The notes: generated from the sequence alone by a model not told the origin. Numbered from the stretch's first letter, positions 1-11,274 are shown. The stretch: DNA of 64,000 bases from Promethearchaeota archaeon (GCA_016839555.1 JAEOUA010000011.1:247905-311904), one strand, 5' to 3'. Made by a program: numbers and translations.

Positions 1-75
1 AAAAAATCATTTAATTATTAATTAAGAATTTTAAGTTATTCAAAATTAAATGTTTCTATAATATTAAATCTTTTT

Positions 76-885
76 TCATTTTTCCAAGAATTCTATTAAT
101 CGAGAAAGCACTTTATCAGTTTCGTGAGCAAACAGCGCATGAGCAGTATTTTCAAACATCGCTAATTCTGAATTTGGAATTAATTCATGGAGAACCTCAG
201 CATTTTTAGAAGGCATAAGCACGTCCTTTTTTCCTTGCATAATTAACGTTGGGATAGTTAAATTTTTCAACTTTCTACATGTGTTATGTTTAAATAAAGC
301 CTTTCCTTGCAGTTCATAAACCTGATCCGAGATTGGATATTTATTCATATTTTCTTTTGCTTCCTCGATTTGATTAGCATAACTTTTAATAAAATCCTCT
401 GTATAGAGAAGAAGAATTGTTTCCTCAGTTATCTCATTTCTGGAACGTCCCTCTCTCGGTTTTAAAAGAATTTTCTGGACTTCGGGGCCTGGTGGAATAA
501 ACTTTGTGCCCCCACAAGATGTGGAACATAAGACAAGTTTTATTACCTTTTCAGGAAAATTAAGAGCCACTTCTTGGGCTATCATTCCTCCCATGGAAAC
601 TCCCAGAATATAAGCTTTTTGTATATTTACTTTATCCATTAGATTTACCACATCTTCAGCTAAATCCTTCATCGTAAATTCCTCAGCAACAACATCAGAT
701 CTACCAGTTCCTCTATTATCTAAAATCATAACTTTAAATGTATTACTTAGTTGATTAATTAAGTCTTCGCCCCACCATTCGGAATTCGCCCCTAACCCAA
801 TTATCATTACTAGAGGGATTCCTTCTCCACTTATTTCATAATATATTTCAAATCCATTAATTTTTACTTTAGGCATTTTTTTCAA
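76..885 (-). CDS. alpha/beta-fold hydrolase
   Basis: GVSMGG nucleophile elbow, DNRGTGRS motif, C-terminal Asp (GKKD) and His (TAH). Confidence 0.9.
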   Translation of the reverse strand: MKKMPKVKINGFEIYYEISGEGIPLVMIIGLGANSEWWGEDLINQLSNTFKVMILDNRGTGRSDVVAEEFTMKDLAEDVVNLMDKVNIQKAYILGVSMGGMIAQEVALNFPEKVIKLVLCSTSCGGTKFIPPGPEVQKILLKPREGRSRNEITEETILLLYTEDFIKSYANQIEEAKENMNKYPISDQVYELQGKALFKHNTCRKLKNLTIPTLIMQGKKDVLMPSKNAEVLHELIPNSELAMFENTAHALFAHETDKVLSRLIEFLEK

Positions 886-1141
886 ATCCTTTTGAGAATT
901 TAATTTGATTTAAATTAAAACATATGATTTCATGAAAAATACAAATTTTTACGATATAAAAAAACCTTTTTTACATATAAATGATACTAAAATTGTCTTA
1001 ATTTATATTGAATTTCTCAATTTTTCTTAAGTGTGAAAATTTGTTGATATTACCTCAAAAAATTAGAAAATCAAAAACCACTTACTTTTTATATGCTAAT
1101 ATAAATATTCTTTATACAGCACACAATCTTATATGAAGGAA

Positions 1142-1238
1142 AGTAGTCCCCCTTAAATAAACGTTCAAATACAAATCGCCTGAAGCATATCTTTTTCTTA
1201 CCTTAGAACGTTTATTTAACTACTCTCTCTTTTTTTTT
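1142..1238 (+). ncRNA. candidate structured small RNA or hairpin element
   Basis: Perfect 14-bp inverted repeat 1153-1166/1206-1219 plus AGTAG/CTACT extension; TATA-like TTTATACA at 1111; T-tract at 1230-1238. Confidence 0.3.
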
Positions 1239-1268
1239 AAGGTTTATCTGTTTAAAATTAGATAGTAG

Positions 1269-1781
1269 CTATTTCAACTTTTTGCTGTCAATTTCTTTAT
1301 CAATAATAAAAAGTCCTATGGAATGGACGCTTTTTAACCGTTCTAGAGTCTTTTTTAATTCCTTAACCCTCTCATAAGGGCCATTTACTGCAATAATTTC
1401 TACGCATTTATCGTATTGAATATGAATGTGCATCGTAGAAATAATAATATTTAAGTAGTGATGTTCTATATCGGTTTTCAAAAGTTCATCTGATTTTATA
1501 ACACTTGCATAACTGGGCCTACTGCTAAAATCATGTTCATGCTTGTGGGAGTCATCATGTTGGTGGGTGTCTTCAAAATGTTCGTGGCTATAAATCATAG
1601 AAATACAGCCCACTACATCTCCAGGTGTTTTGGGAATGTTTTCTTGCATAGAAATATATCTATGCATAGCTTTTCGGACGGCATCAGAGCGAGAGATATC
1701 TAATTTTTTCCTAAATGCTTCAAATTCTTCATATAGATTCTTGGGAAGCGAAATAGTAAATCTTTTGTATTCTTCACTCAT
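1269..1781 (-). CDS. nikR: nickel-responsive ribbon-helix-helix regulator with His-rich insert
   Basis: N-terminal RHH (RFTISLP...SRSDAVRKAM); C-terminal STMHIHI..DKCVEII metal site. Confidence 0.85.
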   Translation of the reverse strand: MSEEYKRFTISLPKNLYEEFEAFRKKLDISRSDAVRKAMHRYISMQENIPKTPGDVVGCISMIYSHEHFEDTHQHDDSHKHEHDFSSRPSYASVIKSDELLKTDIEHHYLNIIISTMHIHIQYDKCVEIIAVNGPYERVKELKKTLERLKSVHSIGLFIIDKEIDSKKLK

Positions 1782-1822
1782 ACTTTTTTTAAATTGCTTA
1801 TATTAAATAAGGATTTTATAAT

Positions 1823-2563
1823 TTATTTTGCTATAAAAACGGCAATTGGGACACTAGCTTCGCGCCACTGAGCAATCTTCCCAGAATATTCGAAATCTAG
1901 TTTTGAGCGACCGTGATCACCGAGGATAATCATTAATGAACCAGGCCTGAGCTGTTTATAATTTGTTTTAATCCATTTATCAGTTCTTAATATTAACTTC
2001 TCGATTAATTCTTCTGGAGTGCGTTGTTTTAATCGTTGTTGTTGTTTATGAAGATTTTCGAAATCAAGATAGTGCATCCAAGTAAGGTCATAATTGTTAA
2101 TCACTTTCGCAGATTCAATCCAAGTATTCATATCAGAATCTTTTAGTTGAGAAAAAGTTCCTCCATCATAACGTTTTAAATCTTTTTCTCTGCCTATAAA
2201 GCACGAATTTTTATCATGAGCATTAAGATATTTTAAGAAATGAAATCCATTAGGCTCTACCTCAAACCCTCCAAACATCATTTGGTGAAGCACACCTAAG
2301 GTATAGGGATTTTTTGTACTTAGAAGAACCATAACTTCTGAGTTAGTGATAATAAAACGGGGCTTAAAATAAGTAATTTCGAAAAGCCCAAAATTATCTA
2401 TTAGGTTTATACTAACCCTTTTTATTCCTGCATATTTTTCTATAATAAAATCTATAGGTTTTGGGATCTGATTAGTGGGGGGTTCTACTTCGAGTAATTT
2501 TAGAATGGTTGCGGGTAATTGATTAAGATACGCTTTAATATTTACTAATTCACTCATAGACAA
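1823..2563 (-). CDS. alkaline phosphatase superfamily protein (phosphodiesterase/nucleotide pyrophosphatase-like, divergent)
   Basis: LIDNFG, YLDFENLH and ILGDHG motifs; C-terminal VPI. Confidence 0.55.
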   Translation of the reverse strand: MSMSELVNIKAYLNQLPATILKLLEVEPPTNQIPKPIDFIIEKYAGIKRVSINLIDNFGLFEITYFKPRFIITNSEVMVLLSTKNPYTLGVLHQMMFGGFEVEPNGFHFLKYLNAHDKNSCFIGREKDLKRYDGGTFSQLKDSDMNTWIESAKVINNYDLTWMHYLDFENLHKQQQRLKQRTPEELIEKLILRTDKWIKTNYKQLRPGSLMIILGDHGRSKLDFEYSGKIAQWREASVPIAVFIAK

Positions 2564-2812
2564 TCGTACTTTTATATTTAATAATTTTTATTTTTTTTTT
2601 ATATTCTAATATTATAATAATAACAATAATTATTAATTAATTGTTTATTTATTAATTCAATAGATGAGCCTCTTATTCGATTATGGCTTCATACAAAGAA
2701 GATTGAATAATTTAAAAGCAAAAACAATTTAAATTTATAAAATCGTTGTAATATATATCAAATAGAGCAAGCATATTCTAAAAGAAGAATAATAAATAAA
2801 AAGGTTTTAATA

Positions 2813-3058
2813 ATGAAAAGATCTGCAAGCGAAAAAATAGCTCTTATTGATAAGGTTTTAGATCGGTGGGACGATGGAGTCTGTTTATATTGTGGCAACG
2901 TGTTAAATGGGGATATGGAAGGGCCAGATTATGATTCGATGCGTTCAGATACCTTCTGTCTGAACTGTGGTAAAGATATTGATCCTTATGATGAATGGGA
3001 TGATAGTGCTGTAAAAGCGATCAAAAAAATAGTCAATGATGAAAAATTTAAACCTTAA
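2813..3058 (+). CDS. small Zn-binding hypothetical protein
   Basis: CLYC...CLNC pairs in an 81-aa ORF. Confidence 0.65.
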   Translation: MKRSASEKIALIDKVLDRWDDGVCLYCGNVLNGDMEGPDYDSMRSDTFCLNCGKDIDPYDEWDDSAVKAIKKIVNDEKFKP

Positions 3059-3213
3059 CTTATTTTTCTTTTATTATTTTTTTTACTTTAAGAAATTTTA
3101 ATTTAATTTAGCGTGTAATAGAAAGTTAATCATGAAAAAGAGTAAAAAAGATTTAAATTAAATTGATGGGGTAAATTAAAAGAATATAATGAGAGAAAAA
3201 AATTCTAGCATAA

Positions 3214-4515
3214 GTGGCGAGCAAATTTTTGAATATACTTTATATTGATTGTACCAACTCGGGAATATCGGGAGACATGTTTTTAGCAGCATTATTAGAT
3301 TTACTTCCAAATCCAGAACAAATTTTAGATCTTTTATCAGATTTAAAAGAATATTTAACAGGAGTCTCTAAGTTAAAAATCAAATTAAAAAAAGTGAATA
3401 AAAATGAGCTACGAGTTAATCAATTACAACTAAAAATTAAAGAAAAAAAAGCATATCGCTCTGTAAAAGCTCTTAAAGATTCTTTAAATCGTTTTATAAA
3501 GGAGAAAGGATACTTATCCCAGGTTTCTAAATATGCTAATAATGTTTTAGATACCCTAATAAAAGCTGAGGCACATGTACATGAAAAATTAGACGATAAA
3601 ATACATTTACATGAGCTTAGCTCAATTGATACTTTAATTGATATCTTAGGAGTGAGTAAAGCTTTAGAACTACTCGGAGTTTTTTCCGGTAATTTCAAGA
3701 TTTATTGCAGTGACTTACCCGTAGGTGGTGGAGCTATTGAAGCTGCTCATGGTTTAATTCCAATTCCTGCGCCCGCTACAGTTAATATTTTAGAAACATC
3801 TAATCTAAAAATCACCCCCGGTCCAATCCAAGATGAATTAAGTACTCCAACGGGTGTAGCATTATTAACTAATTTGAATCCCATTCTAAAAAAGCCATCT
3901 TTTAATATTCATAAGGTTGGTCAGAGTCTCGGACAGAAGAACTTTCCGAATTTTTTGAATATGTTAAGAATATTTATTGGTCAAATTGATTCAGAGATAA
4001 GCGAAGATTTAGATAACCCACTACTCAAATATAGGGAAAAAGTCTCGGTAATTGAGACGAATGTTGATGATATATCTGGAGAAGTTATTGGAGATTTCAT
4101 AGAAATTATGGAAAATGAGGAGGTATTAGATGTTCAAGTGAACCAATCTATAACAAAAAAGAATAGACCAAGTTATGTTATTAAGGTGTTAACTAAACCT
4201 GAATCAAAATATCAGATTATTGGAAAAATTATTCACACTCTAGGAACGTTGGGAGTAAGATATTATACAGTTGACCGCATCTGTGTAGAAAGACAAATTA
4301 AAGTAACGCAGATTAACATAGATCAAGCCATATATCCCATACGATATAAACTTTCTTATATTATCATTGAAGGAGAAAAAAAAATAGTAAATATTAAGCC
4401 AGAATACGATGATCTTAGAAATTTACGAGATAAAACAAAATATTCTGTAAATATATTACAAGATTTGTTTTTTAATAGTATAGATATTGAAAAAGAAAAA
4501 GAAAAATCTAAATAA
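3214..4515 (+). CDS. larC: nickel pincer cofactor biosynthesis protein LarC
   Basis: GISGDMFLAAL, HLHELSSIDT, AHG.IPIPAPAT, TPTGVALL, ETNVDD motifs. Confidence 0.92.
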   Translation: MASKFLNILYIDCTNSGISGDMFLAALLDLLPNPEQILDLLSDLKEYLTGVSKLKIKLKKVNKNELRVNQLQLKIKEKKAYRSVKALKDSLNRFIKEKGYLSQVSKYANNVLDTLIKAEAHVHEKLDDKIHLHELSSIDTLIDILGVSKALELLGVFSGNFKIYCSDLPVGGGAIEAAHGLIPIPAPATVNILETSNLKITPGPIQDELSTPTGVALLTNLNPILKKPSFNIHKVGQSLGQKNFPNFLNMLRIFIGQIDSEISEDLDNPLLKYREKVSVIETNVDDISGEVIGDFIEIMENEEVLDVQVNQSITKKNRPSYVIKVLTKPESKYQIIGKIIHTLGTLGVRYYTVDRICVERQIKVTQINIDQAIYPIRYKLSYIIIEGEKKIVNIKPEYDDLRNLRDKTKYSVNILQDLFFNSIDIEKEKEKSK

Positions 4516-4646
4516 CTCTGATAATCTTTAATTTAAAATAGAAATAAAAAATGGAATTGAAATAAATTCCAAAATTAATTGAAACTTATTTTTTTATCCT
4601 TGATATAGTATTTTGTTTTTCTTGTAAAATGTATAAGCTTTTTTTT

Positions 4647-5189
4647 TTAATAATCGTCTATATTAAACTTATTTAACATGTAATCTTGCTCTAATGCTTC
4701 TTTTGAAAAATCTTGTAACTTTTTCAATTTCTTATTAATCATAGTAACTTCTTTTTGTTTACCCAATTCTTTAAAAATCTGCATTGCTTCCTTATAAGTA
4801 TCAATTGATTCATCATAATCCCCTCTGACTTCTAAATCCTCAGCTATGAATATGAGCCCTTGAGCAACATCAATCTTTTTACCCAATTTTTTCTGAATTT
4901 TCAGAGATAACCAGTGATGTTTTAAAGATTCTACATATTGTTTAAATATAGAATAAGTTCGCCCCATAGCTCTTAAAACAATAGCTTCTTCTTCTTTAAG
5001 ATTATTTTCTTTACAATGTTTTAAAAATTTCGAGAGAAAACTAATATACTGTTTGCTATCCTCTGAATGATTAATCTTTGAAATTGCCTTTTCATATGTT
5101 ACTAAGGAATTGTTAATTTCGCCATTTTCAAAAAATTCTTTTGATCTTTGAAAAAGATCATTCATAATTGCGACCAATTTTAGTCTCAA
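4647..5189 (-). CDS. TPR-repeat protein
   Basis: TPR-like helical repeats (AIVLRAMGRTY, GDYDESIDTYKEAMQIFKELG). Confidence 0.75.
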   Translation of the reverse strand: MRLKLVAIMNDLFQRSKEFFENGEINNSLVTYEKAISKINHSEDSKQYISFLSKFLKHCKENNLKEEEAIVLRAMGRTYSIFKQYVESLKHHWLSLKIQKKLGKKIDVAQGLIFIAEDLEVRGDYDESIDTYKEAMQIFKELGKQKEVTMINKKLKKLQDFSKEALEQDYMLNKFNIDDY

Positions 5190-5654
5190 CTACGTTTTTA
5201 TATTTTACTTTTTTTTAGATGATTAAAAAATAGATTCATATAACATATAATCATCAACATATTTATAGTTATCGGGTCTTAAAATTTAGAACTAGGATTG
5301 GTGAAATAGGGAAAAATTAGAAGTCTGCTAATGTCCGCCTCCTATTAAAGTTTCAATCAAACAATTGTTTTATTAAATTATTATTTTATTAAGTAAATTC
5401 TCTTTTAAATTTTCAAGAGAATTTAAAAATAATCCCTTAATTTTAGTGTATTTTGATTAAATCTTTGTTGAAGTTATGAGATAGTCAATTTTATTCAATA
5501 TCGATTTATTGATTTAAGAATGATGATTTGGAATTTTTAAAATCTATTATGATTTATAATTTCTAAAATCTAAGAACTAACTATTTAGAGTACTTTAAGA
5601 ATAAGAATTATAATAGAAGGAAAAAAAAATATTTAATTTTCATGTTTTAATGTT

Positions 5655-6305
5655 TTAAATCCATCCTAATAATATAAATATGAAGAATGCGCCTCCTCCA
5701 ATAGCATAAATAGTACCTACAAATTTTATTTGTTTCTTTTGATCTTCTAAATCATGCACATAAAACGCACCCACAAAAAACCACAAGTATCCTATAGGGT
5801 ATATTAAGATTGGATTATACCAATTCCACCATGGATATTCCCAGATAAGATAATTACCCCAATTTAGTAAAATCTCTACGAAAACACAAAATGCTGCGAA
5901 AAGAAGGGCGTTGAACCAACGATTCGAAATACCAAAAACTTTTTCTTCTTTATTATCCGATAAAAATTTCGAGAACACAATTCCAGCGATAGAAAACATA
6001 AAAAATATTTCTATGTTCCATCCAATTAGAATAATATATGCACTTGCACCTGGGGTTGTCCAAAATGCAGAATAATCGGTGAAAAAGAAGACTAGAGCGT
6101 TCCAGACCTCATTTATCAAATCTAAGCCTAAAACGGTCAATCCAGCAAAAATAGGAGACCAATTTCCAGTTTTTCTAGCTTTTTGTATTTCTACTCCGTA
6201 AATATATAATACAATAGCAAGGATGGGGATGATATACCAGCCGAAATGAGGATTTAAAACACGCAAATTTTCAAGAGCTTTTTGAGATGCCGCAGTTGGA
6301 GCCAT
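5655..6305 (-). CDS. multi-pass membrane protein
   Basis: About six hydrophobic segments, Trp-rich. Confidence 0.75.
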   Translation of the reverse strand: MAPTAASQKALENLRVLNPHFGWYIIPILAIVLYIYGVEIQKARKTGNWSPIFAGLTVLGLDLINEVWNALVFFFTDYSAFWTTPGASAYIILIGWNIEIFFMFSIAGIVFSKFLSDNKEEKVFGISNRWFNALLFAAFCVFVEILLNWGNYLIWEYPWWNWYNPILIYPIGYLWFFVGAFYVHDLEDQKKQIKFVGTIYAIGGGAFFIFILLGWI

Positions 6306-7164
6306 ATTTATTTCTATTCTCTTTTAATTTTTAATATATATTTATTATATAAATCTATATCAGAGATATTAATAAATGTTTAAAATTATTGCTTAGAAAG
6401 AAATATAAATTATAGAGAGAATTTTAAAAATGTATAGAAAATATTCAGATTTAAGGCATTTATTTTTATAAATATACTTAAATGAATATTTCTAAGAAGG
6501 AAGATTCTGAAAAAAATTATTTATTTTTTTTTAACTAAAATTATCTTCATTCTTCACGGATTAATCAATTCTTTAATTCCTGTATTAGAATCCTTTTAGA
6601 TAAATCATATACTCATAGTTGCAACAAACACGGTAATATCATTATTCTTTAGCCAAATCTATTAACAAATTTTATTTATAAAGATATTGTGAGAACATGA
6701 AATTAAAATAAAATAGGAAGCTTTTTTATCTCTATTTTAAAGATATAATTTCAAAATTGAAATTTAATATTAGAAGGAAATAATCTTATTCTAGTTCTTT
6801 TTTAAGAAGCTTAATATAATTTTTTTTTAACGATGTTATTTTACTATCTAAATCTTTTGGTTTTATAAAGTTTCTATAATCTATAAATACTTTTTTGCAT
6901 TGTGATATAAAGTGATAGGCATCCAGCTCATTAGTATTTTTCTGATTTTTCTTAATTGTTTTATATTCACTCTGAGGTGTCATTTTATTAACTTTACCTG
7001 AAACTCTATTGGACATAGTTAGATTGAAAATCTCTTCATTAAAAAATCATAGAAGGCTGATGATTTACTATGATCACATAAAATAAATTTGTTTTGAGAT
7101 AGAAAATATAAGGAAGAAAATCGTAATGTTTTGAAGTTCTATTAAAAAAAGAGTGAAAGGTTTA

Positions 7165-7401
7165 TTATTTTCGTTTTAATGACAAATTTTTTAGAGCTTC
7201 AATTACTTCTGGCGTAAATAAGGTTCCAACGAGAATAACAGACAAAAATATTAGAATTAAAGTTAATACTATATTCATCCCAAAAATTATTATTAAAATA
7301 ATATCCAAAACAAGTAGTATTATCAAACTTATAGGTAAAATTTGGTATAATAATTCTTTTCTCTCTGCCTTAGTTTCATTTTCAGTTTCTTCAACGCTCA
7401 T
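7165..7401 (-). CDS. small membrane protein
   Basis: Two hydrophobic helices in 78 aa. Confidence 0.6.
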   Translation of the reverse strand: MSVEETENETKAERKELLYQILPISLIILLVLDIILIIIFGMNIVLTLILIFLSVILVGTLFTPEVIEALKNLSLKRK

Positions 7402-7534
7402 TTTTTAAACCTATTTTACTATAAAATTATTAATTAATTTAGATTATTCATTTCTTCATTTAAATTTTGTTGATTATAGAAATTTCAAAAACTAATTTGA
7501 TTTATATATGAAGAGTTGACTTAAATTGAATAAT

Positions 7535-8314
7535 TTATTTTCTTACTCTATTTGCAATCAATGCCGCAGAAGCCCCAGCCCCAAATCCATTATCTATATT
7601 TACCACTAATAATCCAGGGGAGCATGATTGAAGCATAGTAGTTAATGCTCCTTCTCCATTCTTTCCTATCCCATATCCCGAAGAAATAGGCACACCTATA
7701 ACTGGTACATCAACTAAACTGGCAACAACTCCGGGAAGAGTTCCTTCCATTCCCGCTAAAACAATAATCACATCCACACCTTGTTTAATCATTTCACTTA
7801 ATGGTTGAAAAATGCGATGAATACCTGCAATTCCAACGTCATAGCCAGTAATTACAGAGCATCCCATTATTTCTGCTATAGTTTTTGCTTCTTCTGCTAT
7901 AATAATATCCGAGCTACCAGCAGTAATTATTCCAATAACTCCTTTTCTTTTCTTAAATGAATATTCTTTTTTTTTTATAATTATAATTTTCCCTAGCTCA
8001 TTAAATTTTATTTCATATTGCGTATTTTCCTTGAATGTTTCTATTAATAGACTTTTCTGAGTTTCTGTAACTTTTGATACAATAACAAAATGATGTTCCT
8101 CTAAAAACGATGATACAATAGATAATACCATTTCTGGTGTTTTATTATGTCCAAGCACAACTTCAGGTACTCCTGTTCGTAGTTCCCTAAAAATATCTAA
8201 TTGTGCTAATCCCTCAACATTTTTAATAAAATTTGCCCGTAACAAGTCTTCTGTTTGATCTATTGAAATTTTACCCTCAAGAAGGGCTTTTAATATGTCT
8301 TTAATATCTCTCAA
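7535..8314 (-). CDS. larB: nickel pincer cofactor biosynthesis carboxylase LarB
   Basis: RTGVPEVV, AGSSD..IAEEA, DVGIAGIHR, AGMEGTLP, VVNIDNGFGAG. Confidence 0.93.
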   Translation of the reverse strand: MRDIKDILKALLEGKISIDQTEDLLRANFIKNVEGLAQLDIFRELRTGVPEVVLGHNKTPEMVLSIVSSFLEEHHFVIVSKVTETQKSLLIETFKENTQYEIKFNELGKIIIIKKKEYSFKKRKGVIGIITAGSSDIIIAEEAKTIAEIMGCSVITGYDVGIAGIHRIFQPLSEMIKQGVDVIIVLAGMEGTLPGVVASLVDVPVIGVPISSGYGIGKNGEGALTTMLQSCSPGLLVVNIDNGFGAGASAALIANRVRK

Positions 8315-8323
8315 GTAAAAAGA

Positions 8324-10987
8324 TCACCCATAAAGTTTTCCATATTTTATAATGAGTTTAATTAAATGTCTTAAGATAAAACTTCTAATTTTGTCAAAAA
8401 AAAGGTTGACAGCATTATAATAGTAACCTGGCGCTCCAAAATAATCTTGAGTAAGAGATTTCTCGCCATTTAATAAGTCTGGTTTCATGATATCACCATT
8501 AAGGTTTGGAGGAGGTCCATAAGATTTTACTTCTTTCCAATCAGAACTTTCAAAATTTAATTTTTTCCACTCGTCTGTTAAAGTATAATCGTCATTCTTT
8601 GAATATTTCCAACTTTTATCTGATAAGATTTCCAAAATATTTCCATCATTAAATTCAATTTCACCAAAAATATTAAATGCACCTTTATATGCATCATAAT
8701 TAACAGCTTCTATTGCTAATATATTTTTTCCTTGGTTTAGATATTGATTTATATCAAAAACCTGTACTCGTAAAAGAATAGGTAATCTCGATAAAGAAAA
8801 TCTTCCCAGAACCTTCCCTATAAATTTATTATTTATAAAGATTTTCATATAGGTATTAACCGTTGCTTGTATCAGAGCTTTTTTAACTGGTTTATTGATT
8901 TGAATTTCTTTCCTAAAAAAACGCGGTTTTAGAGGAGATATTTTCTCATCAGCCCATATCCATTCTGATTCTAAGTAGGGATTTTTAAAGTAGACATTCT
9001 CTTTAATCTGGGCTATTTTATTATTATATGCTTTGATTAAAAAATCAAAAAGTTGCAAATTATAGTCTAGACAAGGACGCTTTGCTGCCCGTAGCCATAA
9101 ACGCTCATATTTATCTTTTAAATAGATAATTTTATCCCTTATATATTCAATTTTTTCAATTATTTTTTGAAATTTCTCTTTAGAAATATGCCTTTTCCTT
9201 AAGTGATTCGAAATATTAACTGATAATTTAATTTTTTCTCCACAATATTTTGCTAATTCTGCTCCAAATTGAATATATTCGAAATTATTCTTTTCAAGAT
9301 TGACTTTCTCAATTAATTTATTGTATAGTTCTACACATTCCTCTCCAATTTTTTCCAATTGTTTATATTTCTTTAATCCAGGTTTGAATCTCTGTGAAGC
9401 AAAGGGATGTTTAAAAAAGTCAGTATAAAATAGAGGAGGTAATAATAATCGCAAACGATAATAAAGTTCTGCAGAAGAGCTTAAAAGGGTAAACAGATTT
9501 TTAAATGATATTAGACTTTTTTTGTCTATTCCAAAAAATAGAAACCCATATTTATTTTTGAATTGATCATATTCAAATTTTTTCATATTCCAAGCTTTAT
9601 CAGCAGTAAGTATTGCTCCGAATATTTCATTCTCCCGTAATGAAAAATACCTCTGATCTCCCCATGTAGAAGTTAAAACCCCTAAGCATCCATTATTTCT
9701 ATATTTATACGCTAATTCAATCATCTTTATTATATTTTCACTAGCATTTTTATTATCAGGAAAATTTCTGTTCCAGTTTAGCATTGAAGGAGATATTATG
9801 ACCCGATGACCAGCTTCTATAAATTTTTCAACTGGCGGGTTTTTTATTTTTGGATTATATTCCCAATACATTAAGATCATATTCTTATTTAGGTTTTCCA
9901 GAATATTAGCATCCTTTCTTACGATATCATCGTACATAATCACATTTTCATTATTATTTTTTTCTGTAATATTATAAATCTTATTATAGAACTCAGCTAA
10001 CGCTTGACCTTTTCCACGTGCTTCAATAAATTCTTTTGATTTATATTTTCCCACATCAAAACTTTCATCACATCCAATATGGAAAAAATGAGTGGAGAAA
10101 CATTCACTTAATTTAGAGATGTAATTCGTTAAAAAGGGAAAAATTTCGGGATTAGAAATATCCAATGATTGCGCACCGGGAAATTCTCCTAAGTACCAAT
10201 ATTTTTTATGCTGCAAGATATTATCAAAATGTCCTAAACATTCAAAAATGGGTATGAGTTCAATAAAATGATCTTTAGCATACCTATCAATTTCTTTAAT
10301 TTCTTCGCAAGTGAAGGCACCTCTATTCTTTCCTATAAGAGGGTGATCGGGATGAGCAAACATATCTTCTATATAAAGGCAATAAAAATTCATTTTATAA
10401 TGGCTTGATTTTTTAATATATCGTTTTGCATTTTCCACAGTGCAGACTTGACCACGCGACACATCTTGAGCGACACCCCTCATATTTAAATCAGGGCTAT
10501 CTTTGATATTTATTTCTGGAATTATAAAATAATTAAGTTTTTCTTCTTTTTTAAGTATATAATAGTTCTTTAGTAATTGAATAAGAGTTTGAATTCCATA
10601 AAATAATCCTCTTTCAGATATACTAAAGATAATAAAAAGCCCCTCCGAATTTATTATATTATAAGCTTCTTGATTATTTGGACTTAATAAATCCTCTTTA
10701 GAATATCTCTGAAAAAGCTCTTGCTTTGAGCCTATATAATCTATTATTTGTAAGGATACACTGGAATATTCATTCAAATATTCTATTAGATTATTAAAAA
10801 GTAGAGTTTTCTTTTCAACATTGACGAATGAAATTAAATTTTTCGGTCCTAATTTATAGCTAATTTGAGAATTAAAAGCAATAATTTTTTGTGGTTCTGG
10901 AATCAATACTAAGTCATCATAAAGTAATGGTTCGGTCTCTACTGGTTCCAAACCATCAATTATTACGAATTTTAAGAATGAACTCAT
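8324..10987 (-). CDS. GH20 beta-N-acetylhexosaminidase with C-terminal beta-sandwich domain
   Basis: RG..QDVSRG, GHF, FHIGCDES catalytic motif, GLFYGIQTLIQL. Confidence 0.88.
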   Translation of the reverse strand: MSSFLKFVIIDGLEPVETEPLLYDDLVLIPEPQKIIAFNSQISYKLGPKNLISFVNVEKKTLLFNNLIEYLNEYSSVSLQIIDYIGSKQELFQRYSKEDLLSPNNQEAYNIINSEGLFIIFSISERGLFYGIQTLIQLLKNYYILKKEEKLNYFIIPEINIKDSPDLNMRGVAQDVSRGQVCTVENAKRYIKKSSHYKMNFYCLYIEDMFAHPDHPLIGKNRGAFTCEEIKEIDRYAKDHFIELIPIFECLGHFDNILQHKKYWYLGEFPGAQSLDISNPEIFPFLTNYISKLSECFSTHFFHIGCDESFDVGKYKSKEFIEARGKGQALAEFYNKIYNITEKNNNENVIMYDDIVRKDANILENLNKNMILMYWEYNPKIKNPPVEKFIEAGHRVIISPSMLNWNRNFPDNKNASENIIKMIELAYKYRNNGCLGVLTSTWGDQRYFSLRENEIFGAILTADKAWNMKKFEYDQFKNKYGFLFFGIDKKSLISFKNLFTLLSSSAELYYRLRLLLPPLFYTDFFKHPFASQRFKPGLKKYKQLEKIGEECVELYNKLIEKVNLEKNNFEYIQFGAELAKYCGEKIKLSVNISNHLRKRHISKEKFQKIIEKIEYIRDKIIYLKDKYERLWLRAAKRPCLDYNLQLFDFLIKAYNNKIAQIKENVYFKNPYLESEWIWADEKISPLKPRFFRKEIQINKPVKKALIQATVNTYMKIFINNKFIGKVLGRFSLSRLPILLRVQVFDINQYLNQGKNILAIEAVNYDAYKGAFNIFGEIEFNDGNILEILSDKSWKYSKNDDYTLTDEWKKLNFESSDWKEVKSYGPPPNLNGDIMKPDLLNGEKSLTQDYFGAPGYYYNAVNLFFDKIRSFILRHLIKLIIKYGKLYG

Positions 10988-11070
10988 TTTAAATTCTTTT
11001 GTGATTATACTATTATGTTATGTGATTAATATTTAAAAATCAATTTAAGAACTTAAATTTATGAATTATT

Positions 11071-11274
11071 ATGGATATTTTTTTTGAATTGCATACAAAT
11101 TTGCCAAGAGAAGGACCAGGAGATAATGAATCGATAATAAAAACCTTAAAAAAGAAATATAAAAGAAAGAGAGGAATAATAACAACCCTCGAAAATGAGA
11201 TGGAAGAAATTAGAATTTTTGAAAAATATAACTCCTATTATATTCAAGTTTTTTATGTCGTGCAAATAATTTAA
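11071..11274 (+). pseudogene. class I SAM methyltransferase remnant with an in-frame internal deletion
   Basis: N-terminal MDIFFELHTNLPREGPGDNES joined directly to a C-terminal EIRIFEKYNSYY..VFYV segment; the SAM-binding core is absent. Confidence 0.65.

Noticed and set aside
6786-7016. 76-aa Lys-rich ORF
   Set aside because: No motif and low complexity; cannot be distinguished from chance in AT-rich DNA.
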